Source: Octopus sinensis (taxonomy: Eukaryota). From it: a stretch of 64,000 nt of DNA. The notes below the pieces were generated by a model, which saw only the letters and a list, made by a program, of their open reading frames with translations, did no database searches and was not told the origin of the DNA. Below, in pieces: positions 12,587 to 25,649 of this stretch (position 1 is its first letter; each line of letters begins with the position of its first letter). The stretch spans positions 155,744,001 through 155,808,000 of the forward strand of contig NC_042998.1 in the NCBI RefSeq assembly GCF_006345805.1. Reading direction: 5' to 3'. Position numbers and translations under genes: made by a program.

Positions 12587-13426
12587 TGGATCTTTTCTAT
12601 TCTGAAGCCAGTTTTTTCAAATTTTTCCTACTGAACCAAACAATTTGAAACTTCGTATACTGGTAGAATGTGTCAAAAGTAAACTTAATTGTAAACCAGA
12701 ATGAAAACGGAATTCTAAGTTTAACGTTGTTTAATAATTAGAATTTTAACCAATGATATTCCGTCATTCGGCTTTATTTTATTTACTCCGTCTCGACCAC
12801 CAATTTGGTGACGTACTAAACATCTTAAATGTAAACAAGCCGCATGTCTCCGTGAAATCTCCTTCTAATTATTTAACGTACTCATGTTTCCAGGATCCTA
12901 TAGTCAGCCACCTTCTAATAACAATATTTAAAACTAGTTAATAAGCCACATGTATTAAATTGAAAATGTTTCCATTTGTATTTATTTGTGCAAAAGGCAA
13001 GAAATAGGCGAAGTTTCGCTTGACGGAAAACTTGTGCTACGACAAGCGAAACTTCGCCGAAATTTAATATTAAAAAAGCAAAGAGCTGGCAGAAACGTTA
13101 GCACGCCGGGCGAAATGCGTAGCCGTATTTCGTCTGCCATTACGTTCTGTGTTTGTTTACAGTTTTCCGAACGTTAGTACGTCACAAAAGCGCTTTCTAC
13201 GTCACACTAATAGAATGCAGTCAAGTTTTACACATGAAAACAAACAATCTGATTGGTTAAAATTCGCAGTTTTAATCTACGATTAAAGTCATAAAATAGA
13301 TTTTTCTCAAATAAACTAGTTCCAACCTGTGTCTTGTTTTGCTAGACTCTATCAGCATACGAAGTTTCAGAATATTTAGTTAAGTAGAAAGATCTGTGGT
13401 CCTGGCTTCAGAATTGAAAAGATCCA
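12587..13426. mobile_element. MITE / non-autonomous DNA transposon
   Basis: Imperfect TIRs of about 85 bp: TGGATCTTTTCTATTCTGAAGCCAG...GAAACTTCGTAT at the left end and its reverse complement ending GAATTGAAAAGATCCA at the right. TA-rich flanks. Internal inverted GTGACGTACTA and a 16-bp hairpin near 12998-13050. Confidence 0.7.
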
Positions 13427-13839
13427 TATATGTTTTACCTATTATATTACTTTTGTAATTTACTTAATCTTTACTTTTTAATTGTCATTTTAATTTTAAC
13501 TTTTCTATGATATGTAATTTTTGAGATGGTGTAATTTAATTATTCATTTTGAATTGAGAAAAGGTGGGGTTTTTTTCTAATATTTTATATTTATGTATGT
13601 ATATATATATAGTGGTATAAATATCAACACAATTATTTCTCCTTCCTCCTTTTTTCCCCTTCTCCTTTCTTCCCTTCTCCAAACTCACAGACACCCACAC
13701 ACACACGCACACACACACACACACACACACTCTCTCTCTCACAATGATAAAAAGTAATATAATTTATGGCCTACCTCCCTGCCACCACACACTCAATAAC
13801 ACTATGAAATGGTCAAAACTGAAATTCTTTTTTCCTAAG

Positions 13840-13960
13840 ATCTTAGACCCCCCCTTGGAGTAAGCATGCTGTCCATCAGAGCAAAAAAAAATCTTTTCTT
13901 CTTCTTCCCTCTCCCTTCCCTTCTTTTTCTTTAGCACTCATTCCAAATACAAAAACACAC

Positions 13961-14003
<43 letters not shown>

Positions 14004-14310
14004 CTCCCTCTCTCACTTTCTCCTCATCCATCACCCTCTTGTACTGTCTTATATTTCTCCCCACCACTACAAAGTCAATACCACTATAAAATGGTCAAAA
14101 CTTTTCACACAGGAACTTAGTTTGATTTGAAAACCCCACTAGAATGGGAGAAAGCGCTAATACATGATCTAAGTTATATGATGTATAAAAACACGTAATA
14201 TACAAATAAATATCTGTAAATATAAAACCTTCCGATTTTCTGAGTATCTCATTTCTTCTAATAAATGAGTATCTCATTTCTTCTAATACTTGTACATCAT
14301 CTACAAACCT
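13840..14310 (+). mobile_element. Second copy of the PLE pLTR (direct repeat of 5393-5790)
   Basis: atcttagaccccccttggagtaagcatgctgtcca... is colinear with 5393 onward. A related partial unit lies at 13620-13830. Confidence 0.85.
14114..14175 (+). ncRNA. Candidate type I hammerhead (U3-A8 core), second pLTR copy
   Basis: Same TTGAAAA CCCC..GGGA GAAA GCGC TA core and AACTTAG/CTAAGTT helix as 5629-5690. Confidence 0.45.
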
Positions 14311-14385
<75 letters not shown>

Positions 14386-14388
<3 letters not shown>

Positions 14389-15466
14389 TAGCAGTATAAT
14401 CCGGCCTTGCCCGGGATTAAGTTACAATTATTAAGCTAATCAAGTTCTTTATTTCAAACCAAACTAAGTAATATAGACGTCAAATTTGGGCGAAATCCTT
14501 TGAAATTAATCATATTATATATATGTTATATATATATTATATATACATTATATATATCATATATATATAATATAATATAAATATATATGGGCAACAAACA
14601 CGAATACGCATACACACACATACGTACGTTCACCTATTGCATGTTTTGTGCACGCATACATGTTCATAAACAGAAATAAATGGAAAAAATGTTGTTAAAT
14701 TTGTAGACTATCACTTGCACGATTTTCACTAAGAAAGAAAATCGTTTTATTTTTGCGTGGAATCAACTACTCTGGCCTCAAATCCCTTTTTGTGGTCCGT
14801 GAAACGGAGTGGGTTGTGGTGGAAGCCTTACAAATCGTACCCATTTATATTGTGTAAGTCACTAACAAATTGTTACTCACCTCTTTGTTTCTTTGTTGTT
14901 AAATAAATGGATTGTCAACAAAACACTTTTTTACTCTGCGTAAAATAAAAACAAAACTCTTTCGCACCCAAAGTGATGTGTGAGAGAGAGAGAGAGTGGG
15001 AGAAAGATGAACGATTTAAAATAAATATATTGTAATTGTTGTGTGAGAAAGTATATTATACTATGATTATAAAATATAGTGACTTTCAAAAACAAAAAAC
15101 AAAACATTTTACATTTTATTTTTATGAACGTCATCACTTACTCTCTCTCTCTCTCTCTCTCTCTCCCTCTCTCACTTTGTCTTTCCCGTGAAACTCTCTG
15201 CCTCCTTCTTCCACTTTTCTTTATCTTATTTTTTGTTAGATACCATCAAAAAAGCAATGGCTGGTATTTTTTGTGGCTAAAAGCTATGTCTGAAGATATA
15301 TATTTACGCTATCCACGGGTGCCTCGGGGAAAAAATAAGTTGACAAAACCCAGATAGGGTGCTGACAAATGCCCTCCAAAATTGGAGCGACGTGCATGCT
15401 AATTTGTGGACATGCATAAATTACAATCACGTACACACACACACATCCTCCCTTTTATAGATATGA
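14386..15466 (+). mobile_element. Helitron/HINE-like non-autonomous element
   Basis: Starts TACTAGCAGTATAATCCGGCCTTGCCCGGG and ends (CA)n..CCCTTTTATAGAT. These ends resemble those of Helentron-associated elements. Confidence 0.5.
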
Positions 15467-15741
15467 TATATTTTTTTTTAATTTTATTTTATCTAGTTTC
15501 AGCTCACGAGCTGTGTCCATGCTGGGGCACCGCCATATGTATACATATATTTATAAGACTACCATATAAGTATGGCGATAACTATTAATTTCCAGTAACG
15601 CTGCCGTAATCTCCTTTAGAGATACTTAGTAATTTTAATATTTCTATTTTTGAAAACAAGTGGATATATTCCACTGAAACTAAGGTAAATAGATTCTTCG
15701 AACAGGGACAGTCAGTAGTGACACCTGCTGGGTCTGACTAC

Positions 15742-15784
15742 GCTGCATTGATAAAGGGCAACTACCCTGAAACATGTCTGCAGC
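15742..15784 (+). ncRNA. Type I hammerhead ribozyme, U3-A8 variant
   Basis: GCTGCA TTGATAA AGGG-CAACTA-CCCT GAAA CATG TC / TGCAGC. Predicted cleavage after 15778 (GUC). Confidence 0.8.
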
Positions 15785-16106
15785 TGTCTGACTGGCAGGA
15801 TGAAGCGGCTGACCTCCCCTGTTTGAAGGTTTATAATGGACGCAGGTTGTGTGTCAAATAGCTAGCTTGAGGCAGTGGCCTCTTGGAGCTAATCAGCGGC
15901 AGCTTTAGTCTTATATTTATAAGACTGCCATATAAGTATGGCGATAACTATTAATATCCAGTAACGCTGCCGTAATCTCCTTTAGAGAGACTTAGTAATT
16001 TCAATATTTCTATTATTGAAAACAAGTGGATATATTCCACTGAAACTAGGTAAATAGATTCTTCGAACAGGGACAGTCAGTAGCGACACCTGCTGGGTCT
16101 GACTAC

Positions 16107-16149
16107 GCTGCATTGATAAAGGGCAAATACCCTGAAACATGTCTGCAGC
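16107..16149 (+). ncRNA. Type I hammerhead ribozyme, U3-A8 variant
   Basis: GCTGCA TTGATAA AGGG-CAAATA-CCCT GAAA CATG TC / TGCAGC. Predicted cleavage after 16143. Confidence 0.8.
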
Positions 16150-16375
16150 TGTCTGACTGGCAGGATGAAGCGGCTGACCTCCCCTGTTCGAAGGTTTATA
16201 ATGGACGCAGGTTGTGTGTCAAATAGCTAGCTTGAGGCGGTGGCCTCTTGGAGCTAATCAGCGGCAGCTTTAGTCTTATATTTATAAGACTGCCATATAA
16301 GTATGGCGATAACTATTAATATCCAGTAACGCTGCCGTAATCTCCTTTAGAGAGACTTAGTAATTTTAATATTTC

Positions 16376-16454
<79 letters not shown>

Positions 16455-16455
<1 letters not shown>

Positions 16456-19163
16456 CATCATCATCATCATCATCATTTAACGTCCGCTTTCCATGCTAGC
16501 ATGGGTTGGACGGTTCAACTGGGGTCTGGGGAGCCCGAAGGCTGCACCAGGCCAGTCAGATCTGGCAGTGTTTCTACAGCTGGATGCCCTTCCTAACGCC
16601 AACCACTCCGAGAGTGTAGTGGGTGATTTTATGTGCCACCGACACAGGTGCCAGACGAGGCTGGCGAACGGCCACGCTCGGATGGTGTTTTTTATGTGCC
16701 ACCGACACAGGTGCCAGACGAGGCTGGCAGACGGCCATGCTCGGATGGTGTTTTTATGTGCCACCGACACAGGTGCCAGATGAGGCTGGCGAACGGCCAC
16801 GATCGGATGGTGTTTGTTACGTGCCCACAGCACGGAGGCCAGTCAATGCGGTACTGGCTACGGCCACGTTCGAATGGTTTTCTTGTGTGCCACCGGCACT
16901 GGTACCACAAAGATACAAATTCCATTGATGTTCATCTATTTTGATTTGTTTTGATTTTGATTTTCACTTGCCTCAACAGGTCTTCACAAGTGTCACAAGA
17001 AGGAAGGTATGCACAGGTGGACTGACTACGTCCCAGGTAGGGGCCACGGGTTATGGCCTGACTAGTCTTGCCGGGTCTTTGGATGGTGTTTTTATGTGCC
17101 AACGACACAGGTGCCAGATGAGGCTGGCGAACGGCCATGATCGGATGGTGTTTGTTACGTGCCCACAGCACGGAGGCCAGTCAATGCGGTACTGGCTATG
17201 GCCACGTTCGGATGGTTTTCTTGTGTGCCACTGGCACTGGTACCATAAAGATACAAATTCCATTGATGTTCATCTATTTTGATTTGGTTTGATTTTCACT
17301 TGCCTCAAAAGGTCTTCACTAGTGTCACAGGAAGGAAGGTATGCACAGGTGGACTGACTACGTCCCAGGTAGGGGCCATGGGTTATGGCCTGACTAGTCT
17401 TGCCGGGTCTTCTCACGCACAGCATACTTCCATAGGTCTCGGTCTCTAGTCATTTCCTTAGTGAGACCTAAAGTTCGAAGGTCGTGCTTCACCACCTCGT
17501 CCCAGGTTTTCCTGGGTCTACCTCTTCCACAGGTTCCCTCAACCGCTAGGGTGTAGCACTTTTGCACACAACTATCTTCAGCTATTCTCGTCACATGACC
17601 ATACCAGCGCAGCCGTCTCTCTTGCACACCACAACTGACGCTTCTTAGGTCCAACTTTTCTCTCAAGGTACTTACACTCTGACGATTATGAACACTGACA
17701 TTACACATCCATCGGAGCATACTGGCTTCATTTCTTGCGAGTTTACGCATATCCTCAGCAGTCACGGCCCATGTTTCACTACCATGTAGCATGGCTGTAT
17801 GTACACATGCATCATACAGTCTGCCTTTTACTCTGAGCGAGAGGCCTTTTGTCACCAGCAGGGGTAAGAGCTCTCTAAACTTTGCCCAGGCTATTCTTAC
17901 TCTAGCAGTTACACTTTCAGCACACCCACCCCCGCTACTGACTTGGTCTCCTAGGTAGCGGAAGCTATCAACTACTTCTAGTTTGTCTCCCTGGAACGTG
18001 GTAGAAGTTGGTCTCTGCACACTTTCAGTGTTTATTGCTCCTGAGCATCTGCCACAGACAAAAACTATTTTCCTAGTTAGCCTTCCTTTGACATTGCTGC
18101 ACCTCTTATATGTCCATAGCTTACACTTGGTGCACCTTATAGAGTTTCTACCTACACCTTTTTTACAGATCGAGCAGGGCCATCTACCTGAAGTCGTTTG
18201 TGATTGGTCCACCTTCCTACTTATTAGGACTTTGGTTTTGGCTAGGTTGATTCTAAGGCCCTTCGATTCTAATCCTTGTTTCCACACCTGAAACTTCTCC
18301 TCCAGTTCTGATAGTGACTCAGCAATTAGAGCAAGGTCATCGGCATAGAGGAGCTCCCAGAGGCATCCTGTCTTGAATTCCTCCGTTATTGCCTGGAGGA
18401 CTATGATAAATAGGAGGGGGCTGAGTACTGAGCCTTGGTGGACCCCTACCTCTACCCGGAATTCTTCACTGTACTCATTTCCAACCCTCACCCTACTAGC
18501 GGCGTCCCTATACACGGCCCGCACAGCTCTCACTAACCATTCATCTATCCCTAGTTTTCTCATTGCCCACCAGATAAGGGATCGGGGGACCCTGTCGAAG
18601 GCTTTCTCCATGTCAACAAAAGCCAGGTACAGGGACTTATCTTTGGCTAGGTATTTCTCCTGCAGCTGCCTTACCAGGAATATAGCATCAGTAGTACTTT
18701 TCCCTGGCACAAACCCAAACTGCATATCATCTAAGCTAACTCTCTCTCTAATTAATTGGGCTATAACCCTCTCCGTAACCTTCATTACCTGATCCAGCAG
18801 CTTGATGACCCTGTAGTTATTTGTATCTAGGGCGTCGCCTTTACCTTTGTAGCAGTTGACTATTATGCTGCTACACCAGTCATTGGGTATGACTCCTTCG
18901 TGTATCACCTGGTTAACTATACGGGTGACTAAGCTATAGCCAACACTACCAGATATTTTGAGCATCTCTGCAGTAATTCCTGATGGGCCTGGGGCTTTCC
19001 CTGTTTTCATGCTTGTAATTGCCTTATCTACTAAGGAACTGTTAACTTGGATTGCTGGTCCCTCTGTTGGGTCGACATTCGGCAGACTCTCTTTATCCCA
19101 TTCATTTTCCTCATTCAGCAACCTTTCATAGTGGCGTCTCCAAGCCTCTCTCTTTGCATCCTC

Positions 19164-19168
<5 letters not shown>
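16455..19168 (-). mobile_element. 5'-truncated RTE LINE
   Basis: (GAT)n tail, 3' UTR with a duplicated 330-bp unit, and the RT ORF. Truncated into (TA)n near 19168. Confidence 0.93.
17394..19121 (-). CDS. RTE LINE ORF2 (RT plus Cys-rich motif), open frame but 5'-truncated
   Basis: 575 aa with QFGFVPGKSTTDAIF, AFVDMEKAFDRVP, GVHQGSVLSPLLF, LLYADDL, CSICKKGVGRNSIRCTKCKLW, FRYLG and RGRPRKTW. Confidence 0.9.
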   Translation of the reverse strand: MLNEENEWDKESLPNVDPTEGPAIQVNSSLVDKAITSMKTGKAPGPSGITAEMLKISGSVGYSLVTRIVNQVIHEGVIPNDWCSSIIVNCYKGKGDALDTNNYRVIKLLDQVMKVTERVIAQLIRERVSLDDMQFGFVPGKSTTDAIFLVRQLQEKYLAKDKSLYLAFVDMEKAFDRVPRSLIWWAMRKLGIDEWLVRAVRAVYRDAASRVRVGNEYSEEFRVEVGVHQGSVLSPLLFIIVLQAITEEFKTGCLWELLYADDLALIAESLSELEEKFQVWKQGLESKGLRINLAKTKVLISRKVDQSQTTSGRWPCSICKKGVGRNSIRCTKCKLWTYKRCSNVKGRLTRKIVFVCGRCSGAINTESVQRPTSTTFQGDKLEVVDSFRYLGDQVSSGGGCAESVTARVRIAWAKFRELLPLLVTKGLSLRVKGRLYDACVHTAMLHGSETWAVTAEDMRKLARNEASMLRWMCNVSVHNRQSVSTLREKLDLRSVSCGVQERRLRWYGHVTRIAEDSCVQKCYTLAVEGTCGRGRPRKTWDEVVKHDLRTLGLTKEMTRDRDLWKYAVREKTRQD

Positions 19169-19197
<29 letters not shown>

Positions 19198-19566
19198 ATT
19201 TAATAAATAAAATATATGCATACATACATTTTGTATTTGTATTTTTATTTTGTATTTGTAATTGTATTTTATTTTTATTGCTTTTACATCCTGTTCTTGT
19301 CACATTTTTTCTTTCCTTGTTTTTACCCCTCTGCAAAGGAATTTTATTTTAATTCTTTCGCAGGAAGGATTGGATCGACGGGTCGTGTTCTGTCGTTACC
19401 TTCGAAACACACATTGAGTCGATCCAGGGACAGCTGATGAAGGGGAATATTCCTTGTATTGTTTGTCTTGTACTCTGTTTTTTCGTTGTTAAAAAAAAGT
19501 CCGTTTCCTAGTTGTTTTTATGCTTTCGTTTCTCGTTGTGTTCTACGTTTATTTGTGGTGTCCTGT

Positions 19567-19638
<72 letters not shown>

Positions 19639-19777
19639 TGTATATATACATGTAGATGTAGGTACGTACATATATGTATGTATGCATATATTTTATTTAT
19701 TAAATTATTGTATGACTGAGCGCCATCGCGTCGTTTCATTTCTTTCCTTTCTCTTCTCCAAGTAAGTTTATATATAT

Positions 19778-21425
19778 GTTAGTTAGTTAGTTAGTTAATT
19801 TGGCTCAAAAGCAAATAGCAAGGCCATGTAGGGGGACATGGAGTTAAGTACAGGGTGGTGTTCATGTAAAGAGTTCAGGCCACTTGAGGTCCAGGGAGGC
19901 TTTGAACAAAGCGGTCGTCGGCATCTTCACCATCTCGTCTGGCAGCTTGTTCCACGGATCCGCAACCCAGACGGAGAAAGCTCCTCTCCTTCGATTGAGA
20001 TGAAATCGTCGCAGGTAGAGCTTTTCGGAATGACCCCGCAGCCAACGCTCTGGAGCAGGAGTGAAGAACAGCTCTTTCGAGAGGTTACACTTTCCGCTTA
20101 TGATGTTGTGGGCGAGAATGAGATCACCACGGCGGCGGCGTTTTTCAAGAGAATAAAGGTCGAGCGTCCTCAGCCTTTCTTCGTAGGACAAATGTTTGAG
20201 ACCATGAACTATGCGGGTAGCCAGCTTCTGGACTCTTTCGAGATGCTGTATGTCTTTGAGGAGATAAGGAGAAGAGGCTTGAATCCCATACTCCAATATG
20301 GGTCTCACCAGCGTGACATAGAGTGGTAGGAATATAGCTGCTGTGAGCATTCCGAATGACCGTTGAATCAAGAACAGAATTCCGCGTGCTTTGTTGGCAG
20401 CATGGATGCACTGGGCCGAAGGCAAAAAGGAGGAATCCACCAAGATACCCAGGTCCTTTACCTGATCAGTCCTCTCCAGCAGCAGATGACCCGGCTCGAA
20501 ATCAAGTTGAGTTGCAGGAGTAGAGCCGACAGGCAGATGACAGCACTTTGACACGTTCAGACACAGGTCCCAATCGTTAGACCACTTCCAAATTTGGTGG
20601 AGGCATCAATGAAGATCCTCTATATTACCGCGAGGAGCGACCAGTTTGATATCGTCGGCAAATAGAAGGGTGTGTTGCGTGAGGTCGTCGGGCAAGTCAT
20701 TTATGAAGACTAAGAACAACAAGGGCCCAAGCACTGAACCTTGAGGCACGCCACTGCTCGCACTGGAGACGTCGGACCGTGAACCATTAACTTGGACTTG
20801 GAAGGAGCGATCTAAGAGGAAGGCACCAACCCATCGTATAATATCCGGATGGAAACTATATGCTTGAAGCTTGGCAAGTAATAGGCGGTGGTTTACCGAG
20901 TCAAAAGCTTTGGCAAAGTCCAATAAAACGATGTCAACAGCATCACTATCATCGGGATGCGCGTCACCAATTCTTCCATTACTAGTAAGTTGTCAAGCAT
21001 GATCTCTTCGGCACGAAGCCGTGTTGGGATCAGAGATAGAGGCTGTGTTTAGGAGGTGGAGCATCATACTGTTCTAAGGATGGTTCGAACATCTTGCTGA
21101 TTATTGATGTAAGGGAAACCGGTCGGTAGTTAAGCGGGTCTTCGCGGCTCCCTTTCTTGAAAATTGGGCAGATTATCGCTGTTCTCCAGTCTGCAGGTAT
21201 AACACCCGTCGCCAATGACATATTGAATAGTCGTGTTAAGGCTCGCAGATGACCGGAGCCAACGCTTTGATAACCCGTGGGTGTATGCCGTCAGGGCCGT
21301 GACCTTGTTGACATCGAGCCTTGGCCTGAATAACATGTTTGACTTCGTCCCACGTGATGACCAATCGAAGCATTGGAGGTACCGATCTATCAAATGGAGG
21401 GGGTTCACGACCATCATCTTGTTTG
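19778..21425 (-). mobile_element. 5'-truncated CR1/L2-type LINE, degraded
   Basis: DFAKAFDSVNH, SGVPQGSVLGPLLFLVFINDLP, LLFADD, KDLGILVD, YVTLVRPILEY and RRRGDLI. (TAAC)n tail at 19778-19797. Confidence 0.88.
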
Positions 21426-21612
21426 AAAGCAATAAGAAAATGGAGGGGATGAAGGGGTGGTAGTCATCAACTTTTAGACATTATATTATGTGTATTTATT
21501 TATTTAAAAACAATAATAACAATATACATACATGTATAAAATATTATGCTTTACGTATATAAAAATACCAGTAATTATTAAAATATATAACGTAGAACAT
21601 AGAAAGTAGAAT

Positions 21613-21734
21613 AGTTCTTACAGCTGTTTCAGCCAAGAGGTCATAGTACCCCACTTTACTTCCATCCCTTCAGTGGACTGAAGTATTTCGTAGATAAGAT
21701 TAAGGTGCATGCCTCTGGGCTTTGTCAGAGAGTT
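21613..21734 (-). ncRNA. Hammerhead with long stem II, core mutated (CTGACAA)
   Basis: Minus strand: TCT CTGACAA AGCCCAGAGG...CCTCTTGGCT GAAA CAGCTG TA / AGA. Same family as 26804 and 31365. Confidence 0.65.
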
Positions 21735-21852
21735 TAGAAAGTTCATAAGGTTAAGTTATAAATATAAATACAGACATATACACACACTTTTACATATGCA
21801 TACATATACATAAATATACATAAATACATATCTATACATTTATATATATATT

Positions 21853-23775
21853 TTAGGCGAGTGGTCAAAAGGCCAGAGTGTTTTTTGAAATGAGAAGAAT
21901 CAGTGAGAAAATAAATAAATGAATAAATAGAATAAATGAAAAGAAACAGATATATGGGATGGGATTTTAGGTAAAAAACACCATTAGACTCTCCTACTCC
22001 ACCACACCCAATCTAGCTAGGAACCTAGCCAACAATAACGTCAAAAAACTTAATGAATCTACTTTTTCCAAAGCCCATCCAGCATCCGACAGCAACTGCA
22101 ATTGCAACTGCCCTGATAAGACTACTTGCCTCCTCAACAACAACTGCCTACAGAAAGATCTCATCTACATATGCGATGTACGATCAGGCCCCGATGATAA
22201 AAGAAAATCGTACATCGGAATGACCTCAAATAGTTTTAAGACTCGCTGGTACGCCCACACACATTCGTTCCGGCGACCTGACAAATCTAACCAGACTACT
22301 CTCGCCGACCATATCTGGCACCTTAAAAGGAACTCCATCCCCTTCAAGATCAAGTGGAGACTACTCCAGAGAGCGCGTTCTTACACGGGAGGCCATACTT
22401 GCTGTGACCTTTGCATTTCTGAGAGCTTGGAGATCTTATTCGCCAAAGGCCCTCTCCTCAACAAGATCTCGGTACACTCTCCAAACTGTATGCACAAAAT
22501 CTATGCAAACTACAAAAATTACAGACCCACCCGGCCACCTGATTGACGACACCCCACCCACAAACCCCGCACCCCCAATTACCTTCTCTCCTAAGATTAT
22601 ATACATATATATATATATACATATGTATATATGCACATATATGTATATATGTGCATATATATGTATGTGTGCATATGTATATGCACATATGTATGTGTAT
22701 GCGTGTATATGTGTCTATGTGTATATATGTGCATGTGTATGTATACGCGTGTATATATATATATATATATACACATACATATGTTTGTATGCGTGTGTAT
22801 GTATTTATGTATGTATATGTGTACATGTGTATATATTTATATGTATGTATATGCATGTGTATGTGTATGTATGTCTATATGTATGTATATATTTATGTAT
22901 GCGTATTTGTATTTATATTTACATGTGTATTTGTATAGAAATGTATGTGTGTATGCATGTATATTTGTGTATGTATGTATATATATTATATATATATATA
23001 ATATATATATATATAATATATATGGACATGTAGATTTATGTATGGGTATATATATATGTGTATATGTGTAGATGTGTATATGTATGTACGTGTATGTATG
23101 TGTATGTATGTGCATGTGTTTATATGTGTGTATGTATGTATATGTATATGTATATATATATATAAATATATATATATATGTATATGTGTATGTATATATA
23201 TGTATGTGTATGTATGTGTATGTATGTACATATATGTGCGTATGTATGTATACATATGTATATTCGTATGTGTATGTATGTGTGTTTGTATGTATGTTTT
23301 TTGTATGTATGTTTTTTCATGTATTTTTATCTATTTATTCCCTCCACCTAACAATAACAAACTGCCTACCTCTTATTGACCACCAAAAAGCAATTGTCTT
23401 CTAATTTACCTAAAATCCCATCCCATATATCTGTTTCTTTTCATTTATTCTATTTATTCATTTATTATTTCTCATGATTCTTCTCATTTCAAAAACACTC
23501 TGGCCTTTTGACCACTCCCCTAAGAACAATACGTTGTGCCCTGTTTATCTCCTAAATACCAACCTACCCCAAAAGCGTCCCCCCACCACCACTCCTTTAA
23601 ATGCCAAATGCATAAATACCAGAACTTATTTGACAGCCAGCTTCCTGAAGATTTCATCTGAATGAAACAGTTCTAGTCCTGTAGAAGCTCCTTCTATAAA
23701 ATAAATTACTTTACTCTGCTATTATTGAGTACCTTATTTACTGTGGTTAACCCCGACTCAACCCGGGACCTACAT
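21853..23775 (+). mobile_element. Truncated PLE: inverted pLTR piece, GIY-YIG end, microsatellite tail, pLTR with HHR
   Basis: 21853-21976 is the reverse complement of 23405-23523. ORF YIGMTSNSFKTRWYAH...CCDLCISE lies at 22210-22546. 3' stem-loop CCCG-ACTCAAC-CCGGG. Confidence 0.85.
23639..23689 (+). ncRNA. Type I hammerhead ribozyme in pLTR
   Basis: AGCTTC CTGAAGA T-TTCA-TC-TGAA-T GAAA CAG-TTCTAGTC-CTG TA / GAAGCT. Predicted cleavage after 23683. Confidence 0.8.
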
Positions 23776-23778
23776 AAC

Positions 23779-23814
<36 letters not shown>

Positions 23815-23982
23815 TTATGTATACAAAGGAATCAATTATTATTATTAGGTGTATTACTATTCTTATTAGATAAAGTATAAACAGAGGAAAGAGAAAATTA
23901 TAGAAAGAGAAATAATAATGGAATTTAAATAATCAATCTATCTTAAGATTATTGTTGTTATGTAAAGATATATAAATGAGGA

Positions 23983-24056
<74 letters not shown>

Positions 24057-24174
24057 TTACATACAAACATACCCATATGTACATACATATTTCATGTGTT
24101 GAGAAGGGAGGATTACGGTAGTAGTTCATATTTTTCTTTTTATATAATTATAATAATTATATATAAACATATAT

Positions 24175-24385
24175 GTTGATGAATACCACCTCTTGATCAC
24201 CCCATTTTCTTATTACCGGATAAATTAAGGGTAAAACAACTTTTTACCCTCACCCATTTATTACATTCAGTAGTGTAATTGCAATGCAATGAAAAACCTT
24301 GTGTATTAATAATAGGGTATTCTACCAGCAGTATCTGAATAGTATTATTCCTTAGTTGATTGAATTCAAAACCTCTAGCTCTCTG

Positions 24386-24387
<2 letters not shown>
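24175..24387 (+). mobile_element. 3' fragment of the long-stem-II HHR element family
   Basis: gatgaataccacc...ccccattttcttatt...ttaccctcacccattta... matches the reverse complement of 31020-31220. Confidence 0.6.
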
Positions 24388-25640
<1,253 letters not shown>

Positions 25641-25649
25641 TATTATATA

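Larger units (their letters stand above)
15548..16380 (+). mobile_element. Tandem array (2.3 units, 365-nt period) of a hammerhead-bearing retrozyme-like element
   Basis: Units start near 15548, 15914 and 16279. Each full unit has one HHR and several hairpins. The array ends in (TA)n. Confidence 0.85.

Noticed and set aside
10397-12634. Many 65-118-aa ORFs repeated across RTE tails
   Set aside because: They occur in several frames on both strands of a GC-richer UTR repeat, with no domain motif.
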